A DNA stretch of 63,265 bases, counting the filler, from Choristocarpus tenellus KU-1152 (lineage: Eukaryota; Protista; Phaeophyceae): assembly GCA_964200185.2 (NCBI GenBank). It is 8 parts of 8 records of this genome, joined end to end, with 100 filler letters (N's around TTAATTAATTAA, not from the genome) between each part and the next. Parts side by side here need not be neighbours in the genome. Positions count along the whole stretch, not along the records: positions 1 to 9,861 come from CAXNAD020003325.1; positions 9,962 to 21,837 come from CAXNAD020002084.1; 6 more parts are not named here. One strand, 5' to 3'. Numbering within the stretch: position 1 is the stretch's first letter; each line of letters begins with the position of its first letter. The notes under the pieces were generated by a model, which made no database searches, was not told where the DNA came from, and saw only the letters and a list, made by a program, of their open reading frames with translations. Shown in pieces: positions 1 through 13,079 of the stretch. A program made the translations under genes and the position numbers.

Positions 1-115
1 AACAAGGGTATTGACACTTCCTAACAAACACGATAGCCAAAACTACATCAAAATCGCAACATTGGGTTTTGCCCCCCAAATGGACGTGGCTCTACCCTCT
101 AAGATACTTTGACTC
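1..115 (+). mobile_element. MITE family A, 3' part (truncated by window start)
   Basis: Aligns by eye with 7927-8040 and ends in the terminal repeat TACCCTCTAAGATACTTTGACTC. Confidence 0.85.
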
Positions 116-537
116 TTTTGCAGAGTGTTATACAGAGTGTTGTACAGTAGTTATTACATTATCTATCCTTGCAGGTAAGAGATTTGTTGCCATTAGGTCT
201 GATCCTGGGTCCCTGGACGACTGTCCAGTTAAATATGCTTCTGAAAGGTACTGTCCTGGGTCGCTGAAGCTTGTGGAGCATTTGATTGGAGTTCCAAATT
301 GGTTTAATTCGTGAAATATCGATTCAGCGCCATCAAATATTCGATGGTTTGTTTTACATGTCAGTCTGATGTTGAGTGCTGGGTATTCCACGTTCTCCCA
401 TAATTTTTCAACATAATAGGTGAGACCCTTAACCACAACATGTATTTTTGATGTTATTTTGCAGTGCAATAATCTTCCTCTACCATTGAATTAATCCCAT
501 GCTAACAACACGTTGGACTATTTCTTTTGAAACTCAC

Positions 538-3500
538 TGTGAGCATAGTGTCCGAGGTTACACCAAGGACGACGTTCGTGGGTGCGGTGGGCTCCTGGTA
601 GGGGTGCTGGTAGCTAGGGCTAGAGTTCTGTATGGCTCCGTACCCCAGACTGTTCCTGGCAGATATCCTCACGTAGTATGCCTCTCCAGTGTCAAGACTT
701 GAAATAACCTGGGAAGAGGTTCGAAGATTAGTTGTCTTGGGTAGGATGTGTGGAGTAGGGAGTTTACTGCTGTATTCAATTGCATTCAAATTATATTCCA
801 AGTTGATGTGATCAACAAGATGGAGATCACAGAAACGAAGAGACACCTCAAAATCAGCAAGTATTTCATCTATAGACACGTTCCTCGATAGTATGCACTT
901 TTTCTCTTTTACCGTTCCTTGAGGAATTAATATTTGTCTGTCCACATATACACACACCTTGATGAAGGGAGAGCCTCCACTGAGTAAAGATACTGTTGAG
1001 CTTGATGCATCTGTAAAAGCAGAATCTGTTGCCCACTCTACCAAATAGGCCACCACTGTTGTTGCAGAGGTGGCAGGAGTCACCAAAGGGAGGATATGGT
1101 ATTAGAGCTGAGTCAAGGACAGGAATCTTAGAACAGGTCCAGTATAAGCCTTTGGTTGAGGGGGAAGGTCCTCAATTGCTATGTTCCAGTAGTCACGTCC
1201 TGATCTCTCTATTCTAATACATGTACGGTTTCATACTTCTTATATGACAAATGTTGTAGAGGGCATGTTTTGATTCCTATTGTTCATTACTTGGCAAGCA
1301 CCTCCCCCCCAAGTCAACTGGGAACTCGAAAGGAATTGGTGTCATGTGAAATCAATCCTTACACAAAATTAGCACATGGTAGCCGAAGTAGGCCACAATA
1401 CTGGTGCCAGAATTTTCGGGGAGCAGTGTAATTGAATATTTCGAGCACCTGTGTCCCCACCATCGTCGGAGGGAGGGGAGAACACGACTTTGAGAGAGGT
1501 GGCATCGTACACTTCAAGAGACACAGCAGTGGGCCTGCCAGGAACAGTTGTGGGCTTTGCAGGAGTTAGCGCCACTTGACCAGCACTGAACCCAACCGGA
1601 TTGTAGGAGAAGACTCTGGCATAGTAGGCCTGCCCTTTGACAAGACCACCACCAGTTGGGACCACCATATCCCCAGCACAGTCGTCCTGCACAACCCCTG
1701 ACTTTACCTGTAAGTCAAGGGTGATTGGTGAGGTCGGTTCAAAGGTCCAGACCGATAAGAGTTGTTGTTGGTAAGGGTGTGAGCGAATGATAGTGCTTGA
1801 GAGTGGGAAATGGAATCAATACCCGTCCGAGGGGAGAATGACTTGAGAGTACTTTTTTGGTGTAGAGAGGTTCGGGTGCTGCCGATACTGCTGGGATCAA
1901 TTGAACACTTCTGGGTGAGTTTTATTCACTATTTCCTGTGTGGTACTTTAAGATTGCCGCAACTGCATTTGGTGATGATGCAGCAAGTGCATAAAGAGGT
2001 ACAGTGTTCATTACCTGTTTTCATAAATGCTCGGATGATGAAATATTGGATGCACTTTTGCAGTCAAGGCATGTGTGGCACATGTAGGACACACCTCTCT
2101 GTAAGATAGGTGAGAAATGGGACTCATCTACTGAATCACCAACTACTTCATAGAGACGATGAGTTCTGAACGGCTAATAGTGTAAGAATTTGTGAGGGGA
2201 TTTCGAGAGTATCACATGTTTCAACAATGACCAAGAATATTAGAAAATATGTGGTAAAGTCGAAAGAGCCTAAACACAGTTCTCAATACTCTTCCTGTCT
2301 ATCGCTAAATCCAACAACCCGCCAACACAGCCCATTGCATGATCAGGTCATACAATTGAAATTTGATTGACTATCTTGTAAAGAGTTCCTGGGAATTTTT
2401 GACACAAATAAGGCAATTCGAAATGATACTATTTGCGTTCAATATGTCGGCCAACATTCTTAGTATCTGTTTTTCATGCAAGTACAGGTAAGGGAGGGCA
2501 TGATTGCAAAACATTGTTTAACTACTGCACCATCGAAATATGTTTTGAAGATGGTAATAGTAACGAATCTCACCTTGGTGGCAGTAATCTCAGAATTAAG
2601 CCCTCCAGTGGTGTTGAGATAATTCATGGAGGCTGAAGCCTCCAACTCAAAATCATCGCCTTCGTCAAGGAATGTTATGGTCCAGCGATATTGGCCTGAA
2701 CCGAGACTCTGTCGACTCACCAGTAATCCCTCGTCCACTGTGTCCAGGTAGCTCAGCTATTGGAATGTGAGAGACGAGGATAGAGATGATGTTAGGAGAG
2801 AACTGCAGACGAGAGGAAGTGACAAAAGAAATTGTGTGCTGCTAGGGCTCAGAGCAAATCTTTGGGAAGAGTATTCAAGTGTGTCTTACTATAAGAGATT
2901 GAACTAAAACCAGATCTTAATTTCTGAGGAATGGATAGTGACTTCAGTTTACACTAGCCTGCACCTCACTCCATTAGATCAAATAGGATTATATTTCACC
3001 AATAGCATGCTAGTAGTGTTCATTTTCTTGAATAGTAATCTGTGGTGCTCAATTATATATTTATAATGGATGTCTCACACAAAGCATTGATAGGATGCAT
3101 GGGTATTGTTGAAATGTGGTATACATTGAACTCATGGTACAAGTAGTAGTACTTTTCGCAGAATGAGTGTGAATGTTTTTGATATTCTTTGGTTTAGTGA
3201 AAGGAAGTAGTTGGGCTATGTTGAGCATTTTTTTCTGCTGTAGAGTTCTGGGGATATGCTTGAACTACTTGTATATTCATGTTTATTGTCAGGAAACTAC
3301 TCCCACTACCAAGGTACAGTGTTCTATTCGAGCTGCAGAGCAATGAAGCAGTCCCATCTTATTTCCACGTTGTCATGTATCTGAGTCACTTCCTGCCCCT
3401 GAACATTGGACAGTACATATTAGAGCCAAACCAACCGAGAGATAGGTTTGGAACCTTTGCTTTCCAGACCGTCTTTCTTACCCAGTGCAATACACATTAT

Positions 3501-6500
3501 TCCATTGCTTTTTGTCCACAATAGATATGCAAAGTTGATATTGCCCCTTTCGGTAAAGACTCTTTCTGTAATTGTACAAAATGGGATCCCCTACACTTTC
3601 CTTGGGATCCTTAAAATACAATCCTGCTTACCTCTTGGTTGGTTTGACTCATATGCAGGAGGAGTAGGTCTAAAATATTTTTTTCTTTTTCTATATCACA
3701 CCCACTACAAACGCGCACATAGTAGATGGTGTTGTGCTGCTGATTCCAGTTTATGATCAACTTTGATATGTTATCAAACATGGATTATAGAATTAGCAAC
3801 CTGTTTTTCATTTTATTGAGTGGCTTTGAAGATATGAGCATAACATCTATCACATTGTCTTCGTCACTTTGACTAGTTATATATACCTTCATCTGAATGG
3901 ATCCGGATGTTTCCCTACGTGAGTCGGGGCAGACATCATTATTGGAACCGTCACCGTTCTCGCAGGTGACAAGGGAGTCTGTTGTGACTCCAGAGGGTGT
4001 CTCCTGCGATCCCATGGCCACTGCGTTGTATGGGATGGGGTCTGTAACCAGTCCATACCCTGTTCTTGTTAATCTTAGTGTATAGTACCTGTGGGAGAGT
4101 ATGCAATAACTTTGCTTAAGGTGAGATCAAGCCTGATAGACAATTGTGTGTTTCTGTTTCATTCATGTATTGAATTTGTAGGCTGTGATAATGTTTTCCC
4201 GACAAGATGCAAGACAATTCAAAACAATATAGTGAGGGGGAGATTTTTTGGACTCATGTAGAGAAGAAAATATCCAACACTAATCCATGTTCACTGACCA
4301 GAATCAGTTTTTTGGATTATGTAGGAAGTGCTAGAGGGCTCACTGTGCGGGTGCCCAGTTGATGGAAAATTGCCTGTTGATATCATTCTTGAATTGTTGC
4401 TAATGGTGAACTGAGCAGGTAGCTCAGGGATGTGGAGGAATGATGTGAATGGGTGAAGGGAACATATAATTGTTTCAATTCAATGTAAAGGATAGTGGCA
4501 TAATCAGAGGAAACAAGCTCGAATTGCGAGACAACTGATGGAAACATTTTTCTTGATCTCACCCGCCATTGATGGTTCCATTTGAGGAACTTTCCACTAC
4601 CCAGGTGGCATAGTCTGGTGACCCGGGACAGCGGAAGAATTCTGTGATAGGGTCATCAAAGGTAGGTGTGGGGTCCAGCTCCACCCAGTATGATGTGATA
4701 TCCTCTCCACCATCCGACAATGGTATCGAGTATGACACAATGAGTCGCTGTTGGTTCAGGGAGGGAAAGGCATACTGCATATGGGAATGATATCTCGTTT
4801 TGGTAATGTGGTGCTGGATAGACGAGAGAAGATAGAATAAGAGCACACAGGGTGTGCTTACAAGAAGATCATGTCGTAAAAGCAGGTATCTTGTCAATGA
4901 GAAACTGTTGGTTCAAATAGTACCATGCATATCATTTTCATCAATATGTAGCTATTGGTAAGGAAAGCATGAGTGTTGAGATGATTGGTAAATGATAACA
5001 TAAAATGTTATTAGTGGCATAGGTTGTGGGGCAGGGATACTCCACACTAGGCTCCCCATTACATCAAACTACACATGACGAAATTTGTACCTGAGAGTCA
5101 CCAATGCCATCTCCAACTGTCTCGTTGTATCCCTTCGTTGCCACAGATACATTGGTTGGCGAAGATGGCACTGCAAGAGCCACATTGACTAGCCCGTCAT
5201 CAGTGCTACCCCTGATACCCTGTCCGTGTTGATTGAGGGCACTGACAAACACAGTGTATGTCACCCCTGGAGTCAGGCCAGATATGGTATAGTTGAACTC
5301 ATCCTCAGTCAGGTCTGCGAAGCTATAGCCCACAGGGGTTTCTCCCACCTACAATTTGGGATGAAGCGGGGCGATGACGATTAGGGGAGGTTGAGACATG
5401 GTGGTATAAGTGCATTGGGTGTGCATTACCAAAAAGCTACGTATGGGTAAGGAGAAAGGGGTATATCCCAAATGATGTTGCTCACAAGAATCCAAGCTTG
5501 ACACATCTTATTCCATTGTAATTGACTAAGAAAGTGAAGGATGTGCAGGCATCTATTGCTATCATGTTTCACTCGCTAGAATTGCAGAATAGATACTTGG
5601 GGATGAACATGGCGCATCATGGGTTGTGGCTGATAGGTTAGAGCCCATGTTCTAGCGTCATTCCGATTTCATGCTTTTCCTGAAGTAAACGATCATCTCA
5701 TTATTGAGTACGTTGAGTACTTCCAGTCCAATTTTCTTGATCAAAAGGGTAGTAAACTCCATCCCTGTGTCTGCCTTCACCCCATCTTCCACCAGTAAAT
5801 TTTTTAGCCTTCTTTCAAGAGTAATATCTTGCCTGGCATTCCTCACAGACTAGAGCTCCGGAGGATTCAGACACCTCATTATCCCCATCAGAGACTGTGG
5901 CCACTGCATCCTCGTTGGTGGTCCACAAGAAAGAGTCATCCACAACCAGTGCACCGCGATCTCCCACAGGGGTTAGGAATGTTATCTCCCAGTTGAACGC
6001 ATTGCCATCATTTTCAGAGCGCGAAACAGATAGATCTCCAAGGGAGTAAATGCCCTCTAGAGCAGATTCCACCTCATCTGATGTGGCACTGGCTGAGATG
6101 TACACACTACTCAGGGGATATATTTTGTTTTTGTTCAGGTGGAGGAAGCGAGGAGAAATCGTCAGCGAGGATAGGGTGTAGCGTAGAGCTGCTACCTTGG
6201 TAAACCTCATGTGGTTGAGGTTTTGAGAAATACCGTACATAAATAGTAACTTGAGCTCACGGGAATATATATTGACTATTGACTATGGACTGTGATGTGA
6301 AGAACTAGGACTGCATCACCAAACTCTCAGAGAGAATCCCTGAACTAAATCTACAGGAAAAACTCTTCAAGACAAAGGGCTCTTATAGTGGTATTTTATG
6401 ACCAGGATGAAGTACCTGAAGTTGGAGGACGAAAACTGTGCCCGCCAGTATCCTCGTACGACAGCTTTGTCTGAATTTGAGGCATTGCGGTTTCCGGATC

Positions 6501-9331
6501 CGGTACCTTTCAAGGATACCACCTGCACCTCTGCTGCACCACCTTCCCCAATTCCTGAATATACTTCATAGACCTAAGTTGCGAAAGTGGGCAATGGGCA
6601 GTGGCGAAGATTCTTTGGGCTATAAATTTGGAAGGGGAAAGTTTGATTGGTTGGCAAGAGATCCATGATTGGATGTTGGAATGCAACTGCTTTTCTATGA
6701 TGGGACTAAGGTGTTGTGGATAGATTGGCCTACTATTTTTTTTTCTGGACACTAAAAGCAAGAGGGGTCATAGACAAAGCTCATCGAACTTAATGGCATG
6801 GATATGAGCGGGTATTATTATCATGTCTTGTTATGAGTTAGGTGCATCGACCTGTTGTGCAGTTCATGATGGCGTATTAGAGATATTGAAGTATCAGTCA
6901 AACTTTGACCAAGTGTAGGCATGGACAAGGGTCAGAATGACTACAACGACCCAGTTGAGAGCCAGATTTAGGATTACCTTTGGTATTACTTCAATTTATG
7001 TCATGTGACTGATATCATGGTCATACTAGGAATGGCCTTGTTAATGTTGTGTATTATATTTTATAGTGGCAGTGAGCTCCAATCTAAACACCAAGAATTC
7101 ATATGTTCAATTGCAGTTATTCTTTCAGATAAGGATCAAGCACAATGTGGGGTTGTTGCAGCTTGTATCCTTATCATTACAAAATTGTTTCTTTTCAAAC
7201 AATATAGTGCTGCATTGATCAAAATAAGAATTAGCTGTGGATACACAATGCTTCAGATTTTGAAATGCGCAAGAGAAGGACTGATGTCCATTCCTCACCC
7301 TCATTGATGATGTGCCAGTGAACGTGTCAGATGACACGAGCATGGGCTGGTCACCGGAGTTAATGTCCTCATCCTTGAATGCTATAGTGTAGACATATCC
7401 CTCATCTCCATTTATTGAAGACCGCTACAGAGTATGGGAATGGTCGGTCAGAGGGATTTTTTTTTCAATTTTTTTTTGGCTCTGATACGTTTCAGGCATT
7501 GGTCTGCCAGTTTACAACGGTGCACTTTTCGAAATATGAAGAAAAAATTGCAAATGTTCCACTGGATATGGAATGAAGTGTGATATGTATATACATCATA
7601 TATGGGTGCTTGTGCTTGTTCCTGTTCTCATTCTTGTGTAGACGAATTCATATTCGATTTTCTTTCTGAAAGTGTATCCGAGGGTGTATCTGAAGGTGTA
7701 TACGAGGGTGTATCTGAAGGTGTATATCTATCTTCCCTTTCGTCCATATTTGACAACTATGTGCTGCTTCAGGAGTACAGACAAGAGTGAAAGTATCTTA
7801 GAAGGTACGAGTTTCGCCCTGTTTGTCCATTGGGACTTGGCTTCCCATCGTTTTTTAATAGCGTTTTCCTACTCCAAAATGTTTTGGAGAGGTAAAATGT
7901 GTATGTTATGAAAAGGTGTGTTCGCAACAAGGATATTGATACTTACTAACAAACACGATAGCCAAAATTATATCAAAATCGCATCATTGGATTTTGGCCC
8001 CCAAATGAACGCTACCCTACCCTCTAAGATACTTTGGCTCATATATTAACTACCTGTCATAACAGACTAGATGTTAGGAGAAAACATGTTCATGTTGCCA
8101 CCCGCAACGCATGCCTAGACATGTGATGCACATAAGGAATATATTCAAGGGTCACAAGAAGTAGAGCTCAAAGTCCAACAGTCTAGAGGGATGATTGAGG
8201 AATTGAGATCAACGATCACCAGCCAAGGACCGGCAAGTATTGGGCTGACACCAAGTTGAACTCGCTTCGAATGACTAGAGATTGATCTTGTTGTGCCTAC
8301 TTCTCACCTCCACCTCCACATGCCCAATGAGGAAGGTTTCATTGTCCTTGTTAATATTCATAAGGGCATCTCGCATGTTGAGGTATGATACGTCTGGGTC
8401 CATGCCCACATTTGTCGAGTAGCCCTTGAAGAAAAGTCTTGGTGTCCATAGTTGTGGTGAATGGCGAGTCAAGTTATGCTTGGGGTTAGTTCTTCCTATG
8501 TTGGTTTGGATAGGCACATAGATTATCAGGTATCCCAAGAATTGACTTCAACATGGAAGACTCTTCAAGCATGTTCGGCATTGATTTACTTGTGATATAT
8601 AAGGGTATGCTAACAGAGGTAAGCGGATAATGCTGAAATGGCCACATTGAATACAGGAAATATCGCCCAACAGGTTGGAGAGAAGGGGTCATCTGACTCT
8701 AGCCTGGGGAAAATTTGACAATTACAGAAAATTACTGTGGTGAAAACTCGTCAGTTCATGGGACATTATGATGACACAAGTGAAACCATCAATATACATT
8801 GGTGTAAAATAACAGATTATGGCCAACACTTTCATTCATATTCATACCACCCACAAAGCTGACCAAAAATCTCCGATGCTCTTGTCCAGTACACACAATA
8901 AATGCATTGGACACAGAAGATGTGTAGTGCTATTGCCAGGAGTTCAAATTGGAACAATATATTGCCGGGTCTTTCCTTGCATCGTTTCCACCCCAAAAAA
9001 TTCACCGGCCCTATCCAATGTTCACCTTTTCCACGATAAACGGGGTGGTCCATCCAACACTCTTATTATCCCAATCACAGCATTCAATATAGTTTAAAAG
9101 CGCAAATTTCTTTCAGAATCAATGACCTTCCTTCTCCACCTGCCAGCTCCAACTCCATTATCTCCCCAAGCTTTAGATCAGGTACCTGAATGTTTCTGAA
9201 GGCTCATCGCCCGAGTCCCAAGTGATTCTGACGGCCTGGACTTCTTCCCTTGTGGTGTAGGTTTCGTACCACTCCACCCGATACCCCATAATCTCAGAAC
9301 CGCCGTCTTCGTCTGGGGCTGTCCATGCCAC
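538..9331 (-). CDS. Giant fibronectin type III repeat (titin-like) protein, internal fragment, 12 exons
   Basis: Frame-consistent exons: 9186-9331, 8308-8437, 7299-7424, 6416-6573, 5833-6106, 5091-5348, 4563-4747, 3887-4088, 2574-2756, 1449-1707, 958-1055, 538-708. FN3 motifs WTAPDEDGGSEIMGYRVEW, YTISGLTPGVTYTVFVSALNQHG, FSPPSDDGGDTVVAYLVEW, YYVRISARNSLGYG. No start or stop in the contig. Confidence 0.9.
7671..7726. repeat. Short tandem repeat, 12/24-bp unit
   Basis: GTGTATCCGAGGGTGTATCTGAAG repeated about 2.3 times. Confidence 0.8.
7785..8040 (+). mobile_element. MITE family A, full-length (256 bp), intronic
   Basis: Terminal inverted repeats GAGTGAAAGTATCTTAGAAGGTA / TACCCTCTAAGATACTTTGGCTC; non-coding; several homologous copies in the window. 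Confidence 0.9.
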
Positions 9332-9805
9332 CTGTTTCAAGCAGAGCTTTAGACTCATCATATTACAACTATTTTATTGAGCTCTATATTGTTGTTCATG
9401 TATGGCCTTTAGCATTTTTTATCTTCCTGCCTGAATTATGCTGCTCTGCAACCTCATAATGTAGCGCCTTCCTCAGGGCGAAAAGAGACAATAGTCTTGC
9501 TGTCAACAGGAATATTTCCAGCTCATACAATGATAGGTGAGCTTTACTCTTCTTACAAATGACAACACCACTTCAAGCACTTGCCAATGTACTATAAACC
9601 ATGGGTTATAGGGGAGGTAGTAAAAGCCTCAAACTCTGAATTTTGTTTGTGTCAGATGTATATCACAATATAGGTAGATGCCAAGTTCGATGTGAATATA
9701 TATGATATAATCCACAGAATACATTATGGTTTTGCCTTTGGCGGCTACACTATTTAACATGCTGTTCATGTTCCACTCAACTGTTTGCATGTACATTGGT
9801 GTACA

Positions 9806-9861
9806 GGGTCAAAGTATCTAGGGGGGGGGTGTCGGCGTCCGTTTTTCATCCTTCTTTCGAT
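9806..9861 (-). mobile_element. MITE family A terminus at contig end
   Basis: GGGTCAAAGTATCTAG resembles the family TIR as seen at 10701 and runs into the contig end. Confidence 0.55.
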
Positions 9862-9961
9862 NNNNNNNNNNNNNNNNNNNNNNNNNNNNNNNNNNNNNNN
9901 NNNNNTTAATTAATTAANNNNNNNNNNNNNNNNNNNNNNNNNNNNNNNNNNNNNNNNNNNN
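9862..9961. other. Artificial contig spacer
   Basis: N44-TTAATTAATTAA-N44, which puts stops in all six frames; identical 7 times in the window. Confidence 0.98.
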
Positions 9962-10106
9962 CGGATTATGTATGGGATGATGTATTGGTATTTATTCCGC
10001 ATTGAACTACTTTGAAATAACCGTTGACTTAGGTAGGAAGCACAAATAAATAATAAACAAGCAATGAGAAGAGACCACACAGAGGTCACTCTTCCAATTT
10101 CAACCA
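9962..10106 (+). repeat. Dispersed repeat family B (about 145 bp)
   Basis: Homologous to 28182-28327 (AACTACTTTGA.ATAACCGTTGACTT...AATAAACAAGCAATGAGAAGA). Confidence 0.8.
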
Positions 10107-10177
10107 TGTAATCACGTTCAGCAAAGGGGGTCGTGTGTGGCTTCACACTCTCTTATCTTCATTACTGAGAAATAGCA

Positions 10178-10690
10178 TTACCTCCCAAGGTAATTTGCAC
10201 AATCGAAAATTAGGCGATCGAGCTCTTGTCGCACAAATCTCGTCTCCTGTCGGGTCTTGGGCATGAATGCTGCGTCAAGCATGCGCCACCCTGCACGTGG
10301 AGAACCCGGTGTGATAAACACATGTAAAGCACGGTCCTGTAGTGTATTGCGCAGTAGCTGCCAAGCTTTCTTGGCTTGTGAAGTGACCAATCGGAGATCA
10401 TTGTCCATGACGGCAGGTGCCACAATTGAAACGGATGGCGCTGATGTTGCTGCCACTTCGTCTCCTTCGTCACTCAGTGAAGAACCTGACGTACTCGATG
10501 CTGGAAGTCTCTGCCTCGACTCCACGTCAACTGCCCAGACTAATCCCCCACAGATGATATGGGGACCACGAAGAGCAAGCTCACCATCATAGACTCCAAG
10601 GGTGACTTGAGCTCTAGCTGCTAAAGCAAAGAAATCCTCACCCAGCTCTCCCGCGAATATGGGAGGTTGGTAACCTTGTTGGTGCTGCAG
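10178..10690 (-). pseudogene. Ty1/Copia gag relic
   Basis: Frame reads QPPIFAGELGEDFF...KKAWQLLRNTLQDRALHVFITPGSPRAGWRMLDAAFMPKT, the typical Copia gag pattern (A..LL..L...SP..AW..L); truncated and abutted by a MITE. Confidence 0.6.
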
Positions 10691-10700
10691 TTAGACTTCT

Positions 10701-10960
10701 GAGTCAAAGTATCTTAGAGGGTAAGACCTCGTCCATTTGGGGACCAAAACCCAATGTTGCAATTTTGACGTAATTTTTTTCTATCGTGTTTGTTAGGAAG
10801 TGTTAATATCCTTGTTCGTGGACACACCTTTTGATAGCGTATACATTCGACCTACTCTGAAACATTTTGGAGTAGGAAAATGTCATATAAAAAACATGGG
10901 AAGCCAACCACCAAAAGGAGAAACAGGACAAAATTCGTACCCTCTAAGATACTTTCTCTC
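10701..10960 (-). mobile_element. MITE family A, full-length (260 bp)
   Basis: GAGTCAAAGTATCTTAGAGGGTA ... TACCCTCTAAGATACTTTCTCTC; reverse orientation relative to 7785-8040. Confidence 0.9.
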
Positions 10961-13079
10961 ATCTTGTACACTCGTGCTACTCACCACCAGCCTTATCGCT
11001 CAGCACAATGTTCCAAGAATAGTTGGTGTGCTATAGCGTGTTGAATTATTCCGCACTGGACCTGCGGTCAAGATGAACAATCGTGTTCCTGGCTAGAGGA
11101 CAATAAGTAGCTTGGTGTCAAATTTAATACTAGTGTTACAAGGGACTTGTCTCAATTCCAGTGACTGAACTCATGGGGCTCACAATTGGTGGCACCTATT
11201 ACTATTCCTATAGTGTGGGGTTTGCAATCGTCCACACTAATTTACTATGAATTACTTACTTTTCCTCAGTATCACAAGCGCATCTAGAACACAACACAAA
11301 TCAATGGACACTAGTGAGTTAATACTTACGATATATCTATTACTGGCTCTCCATCCTATTATCTACTCCACTGGTGGTGTCTATAGTGTATCAGCAGCTC
11401 TACCCACGAACAGAAAGTGTTAGTGTGCGCAGGTTCTCCTTGATGAGGAGAATTAGATCCCCCCCCCCACCGTATTCTACTCTCCAACCCAGAAGTATAC
11501 TTACCACTTTGTTTCAAAGGTGAAGTGAGGTAACAAGGACTCAAGCAAAATGTTGAGTTGAAACAGAAACAGTGGAATGGTATGAGTTTGACTTTCAGAG
11601 TGGTGTTTGATACTGTGCAAAGGAGCGACTTCTTACAAATAGGTATATTGATAGTTTACTTCCTTGTGGAGTGTGGTAGGGTTGTCAGATGTCTGATCAA
11701 TATGTTCAGAAATGACCATATACTGTACTCACTGCATCCAGAATCCTGTATCAATGACATCTCTCGCTACCATGTAACATTCATATCCCAGTAGAATTGA
11801 GTGGGCTAGTTAGTGCCCGCTTCTGCGTGGGTTGCCTGGTCCTCGCTCTGCTCTTCTTGCTCTCAAGTAGTTGTAACTACCATCGCACACACACCCACAC
11901 CCCGTCTTATCAGAGGGAGTGATTACAACTATTGCGCAAACAATGAGATGGTTGGACCAGAACGTGATTTGTCTTTAGCAGGGTATCTGGTATGGTCATG
12001 GACTGGGGTCCACTCACTCAATACAACAATATATAGTACCAGTATGGATATTTGCTGAGTGCAATGGTACTCTAGTAATTGACCACTATTAGTCTCTACG
12101 CATGTATGTGCTAGAGTATATGTTTGGCCCAGATCGTGACATGCTGCCAATCTGTAATATTGTGGTGGCTGGCATTGTTCCGTCCTGTTATAGCTTCATT
12201 GATACTGTGCTTTTTTTCCAACGTCCAAGCATATACACTGATGATACAGTTAGGAGATAAGAAAAACAGATGACTCTCTTCTTGCACTGCTTTTTCATTT
12301 GCGTATATCCTGAACAAGTTGGCATACATCTCGATTGATGTAATACATGCTCACGGTCTAGAGCTTTAATGTAGCGAAGTGGATTTGTGAGCATTTACCA
12401 AGAAGGAAATGCTTCATGTATGTGTGGCACCACTACGTTGTACATGGCAATCGGCATTTCAGGCAGAAGATGAGCATTGCGCTCAATTAATATTACAGTC
12501 TACATGTCCTGAAACGTCATGCATTCAGAGACAATTTATCACAAAGACCATAGCACCTTGGAGACACAGTCAGAAAATGCCTCCTGGTGCACGTAGAACT
12601 CCATATATATACACACACAGAGATAAAGCACTTTTCAACACACAATGTTACAGTATCCCATTTTGATCAGAAGAATTTTTAATTATCTAATATATATCAT
12701 GGACATTCAAGATCTTCGACAAATATAGAAAAACCCCCATTATTTTGCTCCGGACTGGCAGTTCTCCCTGCTGACCCATTGCTCAGTCCCTCAACATATC
12801 TGAAGGCGTGGGCCTGACCCCCTCATAAGATTCCTTACCCTGCTTGCCAGTGACCTGCCCCCCCTCTTGTTGGATAATGAGTTACCACTATTGTTTACTA
12901 CCATTCTGTCAAACTGATCTATATTTTATGTTCTTATGGTTAGAATTGCTACCATCATTAGCATTTCATAATATCTCTTACACCAATCATCCACTTCATG
13001 TACTTGTCCTCAATACACGACAAATTCGGTTCTGTAACATTTGCTAAGGAGGGCGGAAAGACATGTACCGCTTGCTAGA

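Noticed and set aside
9906-9917. TTAATTAATTAA motif and ORFs running into N tracts
   Set aside because: Artificial spacer that supplies the stops; these ORFs are not real units, apart from the pogo tail read in 28734-29088.
11000-13000. Several short ORFs of 60-85 aa
   Set aside because: No recognisable motif or consistent exon chain; left unassigned.
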